From NCBI GenBank assembly GCA_963842215.1, contig CAWJFQ010000005.1, positions 841 through 64,840 on the forward strand: a DNA stretch of 64,000 nucleotides, written 5' to 3'. This document shows, one piece after another, positions 10,249 to 20,511 of the stretch. Numbering within the stretch: position 1 is the first letter of the stretch; each line of letters starts with the position of its first letter. A program made the position numbers and the translations under genes. The notes under the pieces were generated by a model, which was given only the letters and a program-made list of their open reading frames with translations, ran no database searches and was not told where the DNA came from. Source of the stretch: an uncultured delta proteobacterium. Lineage in GTDB: Bacteria > Desulfobacterota > Binatia > Binatales > Binataceae.

Positions 10249-10707
10249 ATGATGAGAAAGCAAGTTCGAATTCGTCGCGCGCGCATGGGCGACCAAAGCG
10301 GGATTGAGAATCTTTACCGCCAACTCCACGAAGGTGACTACAAAAGCCCCGGCGCCGCAAAGATGGGTCGCGCGATGCGCGAGTTGTTGCGAAAACCCGA
10401 CGAGACCCTTCTGGTCGCGGTCGAAGACGGCCGTATCGTGGGCACCAATCACGTTCTGATCTTCAGGCATCTAGCGCGGGCCCTGAGGCCATCCGCCATC
10501 CTGGAAAACATGGTAGTGGACGCACGCAGCCGGGGCGCCGGCGTCGGCGACCTGCTGATGGAAGCAGCGCTGAAGATTGCGCGCCGTCGCGGATGCTACA
10601 AGCTGTCATTGACGTCGAATCGCAAGCGGCAAAAGGCGCATCGCTTCTATGAAAAATTCGGGATGACGCATACGCATCATGGCTACACGATTTATCTGCC
10701 GAAATGA
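10249..10707 (+). CDS. GNAT family N-acetyltransferase
   Basis: ORF 10183..10707, likely start MMRKQ at 10249. Acetyl-CoA motif VVDARSRGAGVGDLLMEAAL...ARRRGCYKL. Confidence 0.75.
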   Translation: MMRKQVRIRRARMGDQSGIENLYRQLHEGDYKSPGAAKMGRAMRELLRKPDETLLVAVEDGRIVGTNHVLIFRHLARALRPSAILENMVVDARSRGAGVGDLLMEAALKIARRRGCYKLSLTSNRKRQKAHRFYEKFGMTHTHHGYTIYLPK

Positions 10708-10812
10708 TCTCGCCTCCTACACCTACCGCTGGAGAGGCAAATTCACCCCCCTCTGCATTCGCGATGCTCCACGCTATACAATCTCTTTTACATACGACTC
10801 GGACTTATCTAA

Positions 10813-11868
<1,056 letters not shown>

Positions 11869-11887
11869 CCGCTAGCTGATTGTCCGC

Positions 11888-12361
11888 CTATTCGAAGGGC
11901 TTACCCCGGCCCTTCGCGGCCCATCCGGTTTCGTATGGCGCTGTCATGCGGCCGATAGCGCGAAGATGCTTGATCTTCCACTGGCCGCCCAGCTTGACGT
12001 AGTCGTCTTCGTAGCGCGCCGCCAGCCAATAGGGCTTGTTGTCTTTGCGGAACGTAAACGGGCCGAGGAAGTACCAGATGCCCTTTGCCTCGTTGCCGGT
12101 CACTTCGATGCGCGGATTGAAGACGTTGTGCTGGGAGAAACTGATCTGCTCCTCGAACCGCTTGAACAGTTGCCGAATCTCGGCGTGGCCTTGCGCGCGC
12201 CCGACGCCCTTGCCCTCCCAGATCCCGTCCTCCGCAAAGATGGTGACGATGCGGTCCTGGTTATGTTTGTCGTCACAGATGTCGCAGTATTCCGCCTTGA
12301 GGCGTTTGATCGCCTCGACATCCTCGAGCATCTGTATCCGCCTGCTGATTTCCGCATCCAT
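11888..12361 (-). CDS. NTF2/SnoaL-like fold protein
   Basis: 157-aa ORF on the strand opposite gap and pgk. Pattern typical of SnoaL_4-like proteins (IKRLKAEYCDICD ... GIWEGKG ... WKIKHL). Confidence 0.6.
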   Translation of the reverse strand: MDAEISRRIQMLEDVEAIKRLKAEYCDICDDKHNQDRIVTIFAEDGIWEGKGVGRAQGHAEIRQLFKRFEEQISFSQHNVFNPRIEVTGNEAKGIWYFLGPFTFRKDNKPYWLAARYEDDYVKLGGQWKIKHLRAIGRMTAPYETGWAAKGRGKPFE

Positions 12362-12507
12362 GATTGATTCCTCCGTAGTAAGCCTACACCCCTCTCACAG
12401 AGGTTCTAGCTAATCGCATGTTTTTCCGCATCCTGTTAAATTAACCGCCCGATGAGCGCCGAAATTCATAGTGCGTTAATATCGAAAGCCTGATTGAGCG
12501 CCATTCG

Positions 12508-13683
12508 ATGCCTGTCGTACCGATCACCAGCCTTCAATTTAAAGACAAGAAGGTGCTTGTGCGATGCGATTTTAACGTGCCGATCGCCGACGGAAAGATC
12601 CAGGATCCCGCGCGAATCGACGCGAGCCTCGACACAATTCGCTACATCCTCGAACACGGCGGCACCGCCGTGCTCTGCTCGCATCTGGGGCGTCCCAAAG
12701 AGCGCACCGCAGAGCTCAGCCTCAAGCCTGTGGCCGAATATCTGACAAAGGCGCTCGGGCAGAAAGTGAAACTCGCGCCCGACTGTGTCGGCGATCACAC
12801 CGGCAAAATGATCGAAGCGCTCAAGCCCGGCGAAGCCATCCTGCTCGAAAATCTGCGCTTCCATCGCGAAGAAGAAGAAAACGATCGCGACTTCTCGCAC
12901 GAACTCGCGCGTCACAAGCAGGTTTATGTCAACGACGGCTTCGGCGCTGCGCATCGTGCGCACGCCTCGACTGTGGGCGTCACGCGCTTTCTGGCGGAGC
13001 GCGCGGCCGGGTTCCTGATGATGCGCGAGCTCGACGCGCTGCGCGCAGTCACCGAGAATCCGCAGCGCCCTTCGGTCGCAATCATGGGCGGCGCAAAAGT
13101 CTCCGATAAAATCGGGCTGATTAAAAATCTGCTCAACAAGGTCGACTCGATCCTGATTGGCGGCGCGATGGCATACACATTTCTCAAGGCTCAGGATATC
13201 GCGGTCGGCCGCTCGCGGGTCGAAGATGACAAGCTCGAGCTGGCGAAGGAATTACTCGCCGAGGCCGGCCGCAAGGGCGTCAAGATCATACTGCCGTCGG
13301 ATCACGTGGTGGCGGCCGCGCCCGAAGCTGGTGCGACGTCCCGTACCGTCAGCGAGATTCCCGCGGAGATGATGGGTCTCGACATCGGACCGGAGACCGC
13401 CGCCGCATTTATCGCGGAAATCGCACGCGCCAAAACCGTCATCTGGAACGGCCCGCTCGGATTGTTCGAAGTCCCGGCGTTCGCGACTGGAACGATGCGG
13501 GTAGGCGAGGCGCTCGCCAATCAAGCGGGCGTCATTTCCATAATCGGCGGAGGCGACACGGCCGCGGCCGTCGCGCACGCGCCATGGGCGAGCAAGTTTA
13601 CGCATATCTCGACCGGCGGCGGCGCCACGCTCGAATTTCTGGAAGGCCGCGAGCTGCCGGGCGTGAAGGCGCTGGAGCGCTGA
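12508..13683 (+). CDS. pgk: phosphoglycerate kinase
   Basis: 391 aa. VLVRCDFNVP, SHLGRPK and STGGGATLEFLEG motifs. Confidence 0.95.
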   Translation: MPVVPITSLQFKDKKVLVRCDFNVPIADGKIQDPARIDASLDTIRYILEHGGTAVLCSHLGRPKERTAELSLKPVAEYLTKALGQKVKLAPDCVGDHTGKMIEALKPGEAILLENLRFHREEEENDRDFSHELARHKQVYVNDGFGAAHRAHASTVGVTRFLAERAAGFLMMRELDALRAVTENPQRPSVAIMGGAKVSDKIGLIKNLLNKVDSILIGGAMAYTFLKAQDIAVGRSRVEDDKLELAKELLAEAGRKGVKIILPSDHVVAAAPEAGATSRTVSEIPAEMMGLDIGPETAAAFIAEIARAKTVIWNGPLGLFEVPAFATGTMRVGEALANQAGVISIIGGGDTAAAVAHAPWASKFTHISTGGGATLEFLEGRELPGVKALER

Positions 13684-13688
13684 TACCT

Positions 13689-14462
13689 ATGCGCAGGGAA
13701 CTCATCGCCGGGAACTGGAAGATGCATCTGGTGCCGGTCGAGGCGCGCGCGCTCATCGCGGGAATCCGCGCCGAAATCGATTGCGACGCCGCCGCATTGG
13801 CCAAGGATCGTGACGTTATGGTCGCGCCGCCCGACGTTCTCATTCCAGCCGTCGCGCAGGCGCTCGCCGGTTCGTCGATCCTTTTGGGAGCGCAAAACAT
13901 GCACTACGAGGACAAGGGCGCGTTCACCGGCGAAGTGTCGTCACCGATGCTGCAATCCTATGGCGTGACCCACGTAATCGTCGGTCATTCGGAGCGCCGT
14001 CACATCTTCCATGAAACCGACGAACTGATTAACCGCAAAGTGCTCGCCGCGCTCAAGCATCGAATGACGCCGATAATGTGCGTCGGCGAAACCCAGGACC
14101 AACACGACAGCGGGCGCGCGCTGGATGTCGTGCTCGGCCAGCTCCAGCGCGGTCTCGAGAACGTCGGTGACGACCAGATAACAGCGGTCGCTATCGCATA
14201 TGAGCCGGTCTGGGCGATAGGGACCGGCCGCACCGCGACGCCGGAGCAAGCCGAGTCGGTGCATGGCGCTATCCGCGGCGCTTTGCTCGAACGTTATGGA
14301 CGCGAGCGCGCGGATGCGATCCGGATACTTTATGGCGGCAGCGTGAATGCCGAGAATGTTGACTCGCTCGTGTCCAAGCCCGATATTGACGGGGCTCTGG
14401 TCGGCGGTGCAAGCTTAAAGGCTGACTCGTTCGCGCGCATCGTCAAGGCGCGGACTCGCTAA
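13689..14462 (+). CDS. tpiA: triose-phosphate isomerase
   Basis: ORF track starts at 13584, but that part overlaps the pgk 3' end. The ATG at 13689 gives MRRELIAGNWKMH. Motifs VGHSERR, AYEPVWAIGTG. Confidence 0.95.
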   Translation: MRRELIAGNWKMHLVPVEARALIAGIRAEIDCDAAALAKDRDVMVAPPDVLIPAVAQALAGSSILLGAQNMHYEDKGAFTGEVSSPMLQSYGVTHVIVGHSERRHIFHETDELINRKVLAALKHRMTPIMCVGETQDQHDSGRALDVVLGQLQRGLENVGDDQITAVAIAYEPVWAIGTGRTATPEQAESVHGAIRGALLERYGRERADAIRILYGGSVNAENVDSLVSKPDIDGALVGGASLKADSFARIVKARTR

Positions 14463-14471
14463 AGAAGACCA

Positions 14472-14855
14472 ATGGTTACAATCGTCGTTTCGATTCATGT
14501 GATCGTCTGCGTTGCCCTCTGCATCATTATCCTGCTGCAGCAGGGCAAGGGTGCCGAGGTCGGCGCCGTGTTCGGCGGTTCGAGCCAGACCGTGTTCGGC
14601 GCCAGCGGCGCAGGCAACGCACTGACCAGGACGACGTGGGTGCTCGCGATAATCTTTTTCTCGACTTCGATCTTTCTCGCGATGGCGTCGGCGCGGCGCG
14701 TGACCGGCAGTATCTTCGATCGGCCTTTTTCCTCGGCGCCAGCGTCGAGCGTGATGCCGGCGTCGAAGCAAGCGCCCAACAACGCGGCTCCCGCGGCTCC
14801 GGCCCCGGCCGGGCACAATCCGGCAGGACCTGCGACGCCGTCGTCAGCCAAGTAG
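14472..14855 (+). CDS. secG: preprotein translocase subunit SecG with Ala/Pro-rich tail
   Basis: N-terminal ILLQQGKGAEVGAVFGG motif and second TM helix. Conserved tpiA-secG-tRNA-Leu order. Confidence 0.8.
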   Translation: MVTIVVSIHVIVCVALCIIILLQQGKGAEVGAVFGGSSQTVFGASGAGNALTRTTWVLAIIFFSTSIFLAMASARRVTGSIFDRPFSSAPASSVMPASKQAPNNAAPAAPAPAGHNPAGPATPSSAK

Positions 14856-14923
14856 TCGTCGTACTTTCCGCAGTCGCGCCGGAGCGCCGCGACCCTCAAC
14901 TGACTCCGGGCGGCATGCACGAT

Positions 14924-15006
14924 GCGCGGGTGGTGGAATGGCAGACACGCCAGTTTGAGGGGCTGGTGGTAGCAATACCGTGCGGGTTCAAGTCCCGCTC
15001 CGCGCA
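14924..15006 (+). tRNA. tRNA-Leu (anticodon GAG)
   Basis: Hand-folded cloverleaf. Acceptor GCGCGGG/TCCGCGC, D arm GTG..CAC, anticodon stem CCAGT/GCTGG with loop TTGAGGG (GAG). Long variable arm GGTA-GCAA-TACC, T arm GCGGG-TTCAAGT-CCCGC, discriminator A. CCA is not encoded. Confidence 0.85.
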
Positions 15007-15026
15007 TCAAACCCACTTAGTCAAAT

Positions 15027-15093
15027 GTGAAACCCCTCCGTGGGTTTCACACTTCCTTGGGCAGGGGTGACCCCTGCACCCAGTAATAAGAAG
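15027..15093. repeat. two-hairpin intergenic repeat, copy A
   Basis: GTGAAACCC-n6-GGGTTTCAC followed by GGGCAGGGG-TGA-CCCCTGCACCC and TAAGAAG. Near-identical copy at 20420..20487 and a truncated copy at 44378..44420. Confidence 0.8.
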
Positions 15094-15145
15094 ATGCGGG
15101 ACTTCGTCCCGGTTAGAGGTTCTGTCCGGTCGATGCCGTTTGCGT

Positions 15146-16144
15146 TCAATTCCTGCGGGATTCCCGGATGCTGCCTAGCGAAAGCTGGCGCGGCGGCTGC
15201 GGTACGACGGGCGGGTGCACCATGAAGCGTTCGTGATCGACCGGGAAGCCGTAGCGGGGGCGGATGCGATCGAAGATTTTGCGCATCCGGTCGTCGTAGG
15301 CTTGAGGCATGTATTCAGCGCGCCCGTAAAACATGTCGACCCGCTCGGCCAGGTGCGGGAAACGCTCTTTTATGAATGGAATGAAGCGGCGCGCGGCCGC
15401 CGGCTTCAGAAACAGCGAACGCCACCATACGCCTGACGCTTGCGCGCGACGCGCCGCGCGAATCACGTTTTCGATCGCGGCCGGGTCGTCGGTGAGGCCG
15501 GGAATCATCGGCATCATCAGCACGTTGCATCGGATTCCTGCGCGCGCCAGCTCGAACAGCGCGCGCAAACGCAGGCCCGGGCGCGGCGCTCGCGGCTCGA
15601 GGATTCGCTGCAGCTTGCGATCGAGCGTTATGAGAGAAAAGTTCACCGACAGCTTCGAGCGCCGATTGATCTTTCGCAGCAGCTCTAGGTCGCGAGCTAT
15701 CAGGCTCGACTTGGTCGTGATTGAAAGGTCCAGCCCCGACAACTGCGCGAAAACTTCGAGCATCGATCGCGTCAGCCCATACTTCCGTTCGGCCGGCTGA
15801 TAGGGGTCGGTAGCGGTGCCGATGGCGATTCCGTCGGTGCCAATCGGTGTGCGGGAAAGCGTGCGGGAGAGTACCTCGGCCGCCATCCGCTTGACGAAGA
15901 TCTTGCGCTCGAAGTCCATCGGGTCGCGGAGCTCGAGGAAGTCGTGCGTGTAGCGCGCGTAGCAGTAGACGCATCCGAACTCGCATCCGCGATATGGGTT
16001 GATGGTCCATCGAAACGGCATACGCGGGCTGTCGCATCGGTTGAGGATCTGCCGCACCGGCATCTCGATGAACTCGACGCCCCGAGTCGCGTCTAGGTCA
16101 TCTGGAGGGGGCGAATGGAGGGGCAGTGTGGCGGCGGTGTTCAT
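15146..16144 (-). CDS. radical SAM protein (SplB / PA0069-like DNA-repair-photolyase-type family)
   Basis: 332 aa with the CxxxCxxC motif RGCEFGCVYCYARYTH. Confidence 0.8.
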   Translation of the reverse strand: MNTAATLPLHSPPPDDLDATRGVEFIEMPVRQILNRCDSPRMPFRWTINPYRGCEFGCVYCYARYTHDFLELRDPMDFERKIFVKRMAAEVLSRTLSRTPIGTDGIAIGTATDPYQPAERKYGLTRSMLEVFAQLSGLDLSITTKSSLIARDLELLRKINRRSKLSVNFSLITLDRKLQRILEPRAPRPGLRLRALFELARAGIRCNVLMMPMIPGLTDDPAAIENVIRAARRAQASGVWWRSLFLKPAAARRFIPFIKERFPHLAERVDMFYGRAEYMPQAYDDRMRKIFDRIRPRYGFPVDHERFMVHPPVVPQPPRQLSLGSIRESRRN

Positions 16145-16228
16145 TTGACGGCATAGCTATCTTCGCTTTTTCTTCGCTATAGGTCAAGGGCGGCTTAACC
16201 AGATGGAGCTATTGCTAGTTCAGGCTCT

Positions 16229-17083
16229 TCATGGCGTGGGCGGAGGGAATTGGGTCCTCAGGAAGGCGTCGAAGGCGCGGTCCGGGAGGACTCGGCGCAG
16301 GCCCATCAGCAAGCGGGCGGCGATGGTCACTTTGTAGCGGGTCTTTGGAGTCGCCGCCGAGATTGCTTTGTCGATTACCTCAGCTACCGCTTCGGGCGGG
16401 GCCGCGAAGCGGGCCATCGGGCCGCCTTCGTAGGCTTCGCGAATTTGCTTTTCGAGGACAGCGTTGAAGGCTGCGTATGGCGAGTCCTTCGGCGCAGCGA
16501 TACTGCCGACGGCGGTGTCGCCGAAGCGCGTTTTGATTGGGCCGGGCTCGATGACGATGACGTCGATGCCGAAGCCTTTGACCTCGAAGCGCAGTGCGTC
16601 GCTGAGCGCTTCGACCGCGTGCTTGGTCGCGTGATAGTAGGCGCCGCCGGGGAACGTGAGCTTGCCGCCCATCGAACTGAGATTGACGACGCGGCCCCAT
16701 CGCTGCCGGCGCATCGCAGGCAGCACCAGCTTGGTCATCGCGACGAGGCCGAAGACGTTGGTCTCGAACTGGCGGCGAATGTCGGTCATCGGCACTTCCT
16801 CGAAGGCGCCTTCGAGGCCGTAGCCGGCGTTGTTGATGAGCACGCCAACGGCGCCCTCGGCGCGCTCGACGGTTTCGACCGCCGTGCGCATCGAGGCGTC
16901 GTCGCATACGTCGAGCGCGAGCGTTTTGCATCCGCGGGCGGCAAGGTCGGCGATCGACTCGGCTTTGCGCGCGGTCGCGTAGACTTTCCATCCGCGGGAC
17001 GCGAGGCGTTCGGCGGTGGCGCGCCCGATTCCAGTCGAGCAACCGGTTATCAGGACTGCCTTCGATATCGACTCTGCCATCAT
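16229..17083 (-). CDS. SDR family short-chain dehydrogenase/reductase
   Basis: ORF 16229..17149, likely start MMAESISKAVLITGCSTGIGRA (TGxxxGIG). NNAG and YxxxK (YYHATKHA) motifs. Confidence 0.85.
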   Translation of the reverse strand: MMAESISKAVLITGCSTGIGRATAERLASRGWKVYATARKAESIADLAARGCKTLALDVCDDASMRTAVETVERAEGAVGVLINNAGYGLEGAFEEVPMTDIRRQFETNVFGLVAMTKLVLPAMRRQRWGRVVNLSSMGGKLTFPGGAYYHATKHAVEALSDALRFEVKGFGIDVIVIEPGPIKTRFGDTAVGSIAAPKDSPYAAFNAVLEKQIREAYEGGPMARFAAPPEAVAEVIDKAISAATPKTRYKVTIAARLLMGLRRVLPDRAFDAFLRTQFPPPTP

Positions 17084-17108
17084 TGTGCTCCGGATTTCGG
17101 TAGTGACC

Positions 17109-17423
17109 TTAATTTGATTTCGCCCGTAGTTGTTGGGCGATCGCGACAACGCCCCAAACGACCGCGCCGACTATGGCATAGAGCAGAACATTGATGGCGA
17201 TTGCGACTGCCCACCCGCTGATGACTTCGAACCAAGTCGGAGGCCGGAATGTGTCACCGATGAGCATTAAGGCGGTTGGCCAGAATACGATCAACCAATC
17301 ACCACCCCAATTGAGATAGCCGCCAATAAATAACACCCCTGCCGGTGCAAGTAGGCCTAATCCCGCGAACAGCGCGATCACCTGGCGGAACTTCCATTTA
17401 CTCACATCTCCAACCAATGCCAT
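17109..17423 (-). CDS. small integral membrane protein, unknown function
   Basis: 104 aa with about three hydrophobic helices. Sits just upstream of the SDR gene on the same strand. No family recognised. Confidence 0.5.
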   Translation of the reverse strand: MALVGDVSKWKFRQVIALFAGLGLLAPAGVLFIGGYLNWGGDWLIVFWPTALMLIGDTFRPPTWFEVISGWAVAIAINVLLYAIVGAVVWGVVAIAQQLRAKSN

Positions 17424-17535
17424 TAGGACACTACCGGATTTTTCCTGCGCGAGATTGCGACATCACAAGCTGCCAGATACTAGTCGGATAGCGCGGAACG
17501 CGACAGGCGGCCGCGCCGCAACCGGAGGAATCGCG

Positions 17536-18345
17536 ATGGCAGACAATGGGCGCAAGTATCGTGAGAAGTATGGCGAGTGGGCGCTGGTCACGGGCGCGTC
17601 GGCGGGAATCGGCCTCGAGTTCGCGCGGGCGCTCGCGCGCGAGGGCATGTCGATAGTGCTGACGGCGCGGCGCGAGGATCGATTGAACCTGATCGCCGCG
17701 GAAATCAAGGAGAAGCATCACGTCAACACTCGGGTGGTCGCAGTCGATCTCGCGGCGAATGACGGCGCGGATCGGCTGGCCGACGCAGTGGCAGATTTGG
17801 AGATAGCGGTGCTCGTCAACAACGCCGGCTTCGGCTACGCGGGACGTTTCGACAAGCTCGAGACCGAGAGGCTGCGCTCGATGGTGGTGGTGAACTGCGT
17901 GGTGCCGGTGGTGCTGACCAGCCGCATCATACCCGGGATGGTCAAGCGCGGACGCGGCGCGGTGATAATTGTGGGCTCGGTGGCGGGACGCCAGCCGCTG
18001 CCGTTGCATGCAGTTTACAGCGCGACCAAGGGATTCGATTTGCTGTTTGGCGAGGGCTTGTGGGGCGAGCTGCGCGGCACGGGAGTCGACGCGCTGGTGA
18101 TTGAGCCGGGGCCGACGCAGACTGAGTTTCAAGCGGTGGCGGGCGAGAACGTAGGAGCGGATCACGGCGAGCCTGCGGAGAACGTGGTTCGGGTCGCGCT
18201 CGACGCACTCGGCAAGCATCCGAGCGTCATCTCGGGATGGTTCAATTGGGCGCGCGCCAATGCGATACGGCTGGTGCCGCGATCGACGGCGGCGATAATT
18301 GCGAAGCGAGTGATCGAGGGTCAGACGCCGCAGGAACTGCGGTAG
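17536..18345 (+). CDS. SDR family short-chain dehydrogenase/reductase
   Basis: ORF 17455..18345, likely start MADNGRKYREKYGEWALVTGASAGIG. NNAG and YSATK motifs. Confidence 0.85.
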   Translation: MADNGRKYREKYGEWALVTGASAGIGLEFARALAREGMSIVLTARREDRLNLIAAEIKEKHHVNTRVVAVDLAANDGADRLADAVADLEIAVLVNNAGFGYAGRFDKLETERLRSMVVVNCVVPVVLTSRIIPGMVKRGRGAVIIVGSVAGRQPLPLHAVYSATKGFDLLFGEGLWGELRGTGVDALVIEPGPTQTEFQAVAGENVGADHGEPAENVVRVALDALGKHPSVISGWFNWARANAIRLVPRSTAAIIAKRVIEGQTPQELR

Positions 18346-18423
18346 GAAGCGTGAGCCTTGAGTCTGCCCAAGGCCATGCCTATGCTCCGTACGCAATCGC
18401 TTTGAGCTGTCGCGAGGAAATGC

Positions 18424-19275
18424 ATGCCGCGTCCCCAGGCAAAGAGCTTTCGCAATCCAGATGAGATCCGGCGCTTTCCAAACGGCCGGATAGAGAACGT
18501 ATCTCACAACGAGACCACGGTCGGTCGGTTCTTCTTTGAGCCCGGCTGGCGCTGGTCGCGCGACGTTGGTCCTATCGCTCGCACCCGCTCGTGCCAGATT
18601 CACCATCAGGGCGTCGTTCTCAAGGGACGGCTGCGCGTTGAATCGGACACCGGCGAGGTATGCGAAGTTGGAGTGGACGACGTCTACGACTTCCCCCCCG
18701 GTCACGATGCGACCGTCGTGGGTGACGAGCCATTTGAGGCGATCGAGTTCGCCAGCGCCCGGGTGTACGCGGCGCCGGCGGACGGAGATCGCGTGCTGGC
18801 CGCGGTGCTGTGCACCGATATCGTGGACTCAACGGAGCATCTCAGAAGACTTGGCGATTCGGCCTGGCGCGAGCTGCTGCTGGAGCATAACCATCAGGTG
18901 CGGCTCGAGCTGAACAACTTTCGAGGACGTGAGATACAGACGACTGGCGATGGGTTCCTGGCGGTGTTCGACGGCCCGGCGCGAGCAGTTCGATGCGCTC
19001 GCTCGATCGGGCGCTCGATCTCGCAACTCGGCATTGCGATTCGGGCGGGGATTCACACTGGCGAGGTGGAGTTCGTGGGCGACAACGTTAGAGGCCTGGC
19101 CGTCCACGAAACGGCACGCGTCGCCGGGGTTGCGAAGGCAGGCGAGGTCCTCGTTTCGGCGACCACCAAGCATTTGCTGGAAGGTTCAGGCATTGAGCTG
19201 GAATCGGCAGGCGTCCACGAACTCAAGGGCCTGGGTGAGGCGCGCGAGCTCTTCAGAATACTAAACTCCGGTTGA
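18424..19275 (+). CDS. cupin domain fused to a class III adenylate/guanylate cyclase domain
   Basis: N-terminal cupin-like ~110 aa, then AAVLCTDIVDSTEH...IQTTGDGFLAVFDGPARAVRCA...IRAGIHTGEVE cyclase motifs. Confidence 0.8.
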   Translation: MPRPQAKSFRNPDEIRRFPNGRIENVSHNETTVGRFFFEPGWRWSRDVGPIARTRSCQIHHQGVVLKGRLRVESDTGEVCEVGVDDVYDFPPGHDATVVGDEPFEAIEFASARVYAAPADGDRVLAAVLCTDIVDSTEHLRRLGDSAWRELLLEHNHQVRLELNNFRGREIQTTGDGFLAVFDGPARAVRCARSIGRSISQLGIAIRAGIHTGEVEFVGDNVRGLAVHETARVAGVAKAGEVLVSATTKHLLEGSGIELESAGVHELKGLGEARELFRILNSG

Positions 19276-19330
19276 GCGGCAGGGATCAGCTTGGTGCGAC
19301 GGGAAGCGCACGCCCATGACAGCGACGGGC

Positions 19331-20335
19331 TCAGGGAATCGTCGCGAAGTCGTAGGCGGCCGGTAGTTTTTCGGCGACCGTAGCGAGCGACGAGCCGTCG
19401 GCAGATGCGCGTACGATGGCGCCGTCGTTGCAGACTCCGAAGAAGCCGCCGTTCTCCGGGTCAGCCTTCAGCCGCATCACCATGCCGCGGCCGAAATTCT
19501 GCTCGGCCGAAATCGGCGTGAAGCTTTCGCCGCGATCGGCGCTGCGGAACAGCATCGCGTCCGCTCCAGTTGGTCCAACGCGCCAGCTGGGCGGCGGGCC
19601 CATCGCGGCTGCGGTGAAAACGTCGTCGCGGTCGGGTGTGCTAACCAGCAGCGGGATGGTGTAGGTGCGGTTGAGTCCGCGCGTCACCTGCTCCCACGAT
19701 TTGCCGGCGTTGTTGGACCGGTAGAAGCCGCCGCCGGTGGTGGCGTACAGCCGGCGCGAGTCGCGCGGGTCGACGGCGACAGTATGAATATCAACGTAGA
19801 GGCCGTCGTTAAGCGATTCGAATGACGCGCCTTCGTTGCGCGAGCGGAAGATGCCGCCCTCCTCGACGCCGACGTACATGGTGGACGGCTCATGCGGATC
19901 GAAGGCGATGGATCGGACGTGCGGGATGTGCGGCGGCGGCGGAAACGTCCAGCGGTCGCGGCCGGGGATTTTAAGGAAGCCCTCGCATTCCTTGAACGTG
20001 CGTCCGCGATCGTCGCTGCGGAACAGGCGCGCGTGCGAGGTGCCGACGAATACGCGATCCTTGACCGCCGGCGATGCGGCCAGTGACCAGACCTCTTCTT
20101 CGCGCGCGAGCGCCGGGGTGACATCGGTCCAGGTGCGGCCGCCGTCGGACGAGCGTGCGACGGTGCCCTTGCCGCGCGTGTGCTCGCTCGAGCCGGCATA
20201 GATGAGCGCGGGATCGGCGGCGTCCTGTGCCATGCACCAGATGGCAGACGGATCGGCCAGCACCATCAGCGGCGTCCCGCCACGCGAGGGATCCAGTATT
20301 ACGATTCCTTTGGCAGTCCCGATGCACAGTCGCAT
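19331..20335 (-). CDS. BNR/Asp-box repeat beta-propeller protein (sialidase / Ycf48-like fold)
   Basis: Five SxDxGxTW-type boxes: SSDGGRTW, SDDRGRTF, SRNEGASF, SNNAGKSW, SADRGESF. Confidence 0.7.
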   Translation of the reverse strand: MRLCIGTAKGIVILDPSRGGTPLMVLADPSAIWCMAQDAADPALIYAGSSEHTRGKGTVARSSDGGRTWTDVTPALAREEEVWSLAASPAVKDRVFVGTSHARLFRSDDRGRTFKECEGFLKIPGRDRWTFPPPPHIPHVRSIAFDPHEPSTMYVGVEEGGIFRSRNEGASFESLNDGLYVDIHTVAVDPRDSRRLYATTGGGFYRSNNAGKSWEQVTRGLNRTYTIPLLVSTPDRDDVFTAAAMGPPPSWRVGPTGADAMLFRSADRGESFTPISAEQNFGRGMVMRLKADPENGGFFGVCNDGAIVRASADGSSLATVAEKLPAAYDFATIP

Positions 20336-20419
20336 GCCAATACACCTCTCGAATCGGGTAGAATCGTAGCGTAAAGAAGTGGCTTGGAATAGCAGGGGGA
20401 AAAAGAAGAACTTTATTGT

Positions 20420-20487
20420 AGTGAAACCCTTCCTTGGGTTTCACGCTTCCTTGGGCAGGGGAGACCCCCTGCACCCAGTGTTAAGAA
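20420..20487. repeat. two-hairpin intergenic repeat, copy B
   Basis: Same architecture and orientation as 15027..15093, with a handful of substitutions. Lies in the divergent intergenic region between 20335 and 20512. Confidence 0.8.
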
Positions 20488-20511
20488 GGACGGCTTGCTA
20501 GAGAGACGCGC

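Noticed and set aside
13584-13688. N-terminal extension of tpiA given by the ORF track
   Set aside because: It overlaps the 3' end of pgk in another frame. The canonical TIM N-terminus (LIAGNWKMH) begins at the ATG at 13689.
14924-15145. tRNA-Leu as an integration site for a genomic island
   Set aside because: I saw no integrase, no duplicated tRNA 3' end and no compositional break downstream. The adjacent repeat is the dispersed hairpin element, not an att site.
16250-17194. 314-aa plus-strand ORF (and nested 16380..17042 minus ORF)
   Set aside because: Antisense or out of frame relative to the SDR gene, which carries clear TGxxxGIG, NNAG and YxxxK motifs.
17431-18705. 424-aa minus-strand ORF
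   Set aside because: It runs antisense across the SDR gene (17536..18345) and the start of the cyclase gene. Its Arg/His/Pro-rich composition is typical of shadow ORFs in high-GC DNA. No motifs.
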